A DNA stretch of 43,191 nt from Candidatus Marsarchaeota archaeon (GTDB taxonomy: Archaea; Micrarchaeota; Micrarchaeia; Micrarchaeales; CABMGC01): NCBI GenBank assembly GCA_023379055.1, contig JAMCSX010000017.1:101868-145058 (forward strand), read 5' to 3'. Of the stretch, positions 43,001-43,191 are shown in pieces. A program made the position numbers and the translations under genes. The first letter of the stretch is position 1; each line of letters starts with the position of its first letter. The notes under the pieces are model-generated. The model saw only the letters and a program-made list of their open reading frames with translations, was not told the origin of the DNA and did not search any database.

Positions 43001-43091
43001 GCTAGCTGCTTAAATAGATTGCTTGGCCATAATTTATGGTTCAGATTAACCTGCTTGGGCTTAGAATTTTATGTTGTTTTTGGTGTGAAAT

Positions 43092-43178
43092 ATGGTTAGG
43101 AATATAGGCGTGAAACAGCTAGGAAACACTCTCAAACCTTTAGTGGATGCGAGAGTTCAAATCTCTCTCCCTGCAAAT
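43092..43178 (+). CDS. Putative Int(N) fragment: ATG plus 15 codons reading in frame into attR
   Basis: ATG 43092 is preceded by an in-frame TGA at 43086. It reads MVRNIGVKQLGNTLK then PLVDARVQISLPAN, the same frame in which attL reads into the integrase body. Confidence 0.45.
43137..43178 (+). repeat. attR: second copy of the 42-bp repeat
   Basis: It is identical to 39427..39468. The sequence upstream (43100-43136) has no tRNA 5' half, so this is a duplicated tRNA 3' end and not a second gene. Confidence 0.9.
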
Positions 43179-43191
43179 TTAACAGAAGATA

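Larger units (their letters stand above)
39427..43178 (+). mobile_element. Small integrated element (about 3.75 kb) in tRNA-Leu(CAG)
   Basis: Perfect 42-bp att repeats flank a tyrosine recombinase gene, an iteron-like repeat cluster, a GC-rich non-coding block and two AT-rich cargo genes. Confidence 0.85.

Overview
This is a compact archaeal chromosomal segment. Hand counts on sampled lines give about 45-50% GC. Most of the window is coding, intergenic regions are short or overlapping, and AT-boxes sit about 27-31 nt from start codons, which suggests mostly leaderless mRNAs. Archaeal identity is supported by Rpo4/RpoF, aEF-1beta, Sec61beta, eS26, a DUF655 protein and FtsZ.

Content from left to right:
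- The 5' part of an ATP-dependent DNA ligase, then a HemK-like methyltransferase.
- A regulator-sufB-sufD-sufC-sufS operon, with sufC broken by one extra G.
- Small accessory genes: LOG-like, GT-A-like, a 58-aa CDGSH protein missed by the ORF track, SemiSWEET and GDPD.
- rpoF-DUF655 and an orphan MoxR ATPase.
- An arginine-flavoured stretch: ACT regulator, two tandem ArgA-like GNATs, an ArgE/M20 peptidase, tRNA-Arg(CCU), argG, argH, a DDAH-fold gene followed by a relic second copy of the argH 3' end, and tRNA-Arg(GCG) next to an IS transposase remnant.
- Zn-ribbon/aEF-1beta, Rad50 without Mre11, a PNPOx-like protein plus an SDR stub, FtsZ and PolX-PHP.
- A RavA/ViaA-like AAA+/VWA pair and an RpiB-like pseudoenzyme-HTH-gdhA operon.
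- eS26, argS, Sec61beta and a YchF/Ygr210-type GTPase.

The stand-out region is the right end. A roughly 3.75 kb element is integrated into tRNA-Leu(CAG) and bounded by a perfect 42-bp direct repeat. Its integrase ORF appears partitioned across the att site (SSV-type) and is also frameshifted. The element carries six TTTCTCTACATG-type iteron-like repeats, a GC-rich structured non-coding block, and an AT-rich divergent cargo pair (a 5-TM membrane protein plus a PD-(D/E)xK/RecB-like nuclease-domain protein). That cargo pair is my best candidate for an undescribed defence or exclusion-type module.

All calls rest on my own reading and motif recognition. No database search was run.
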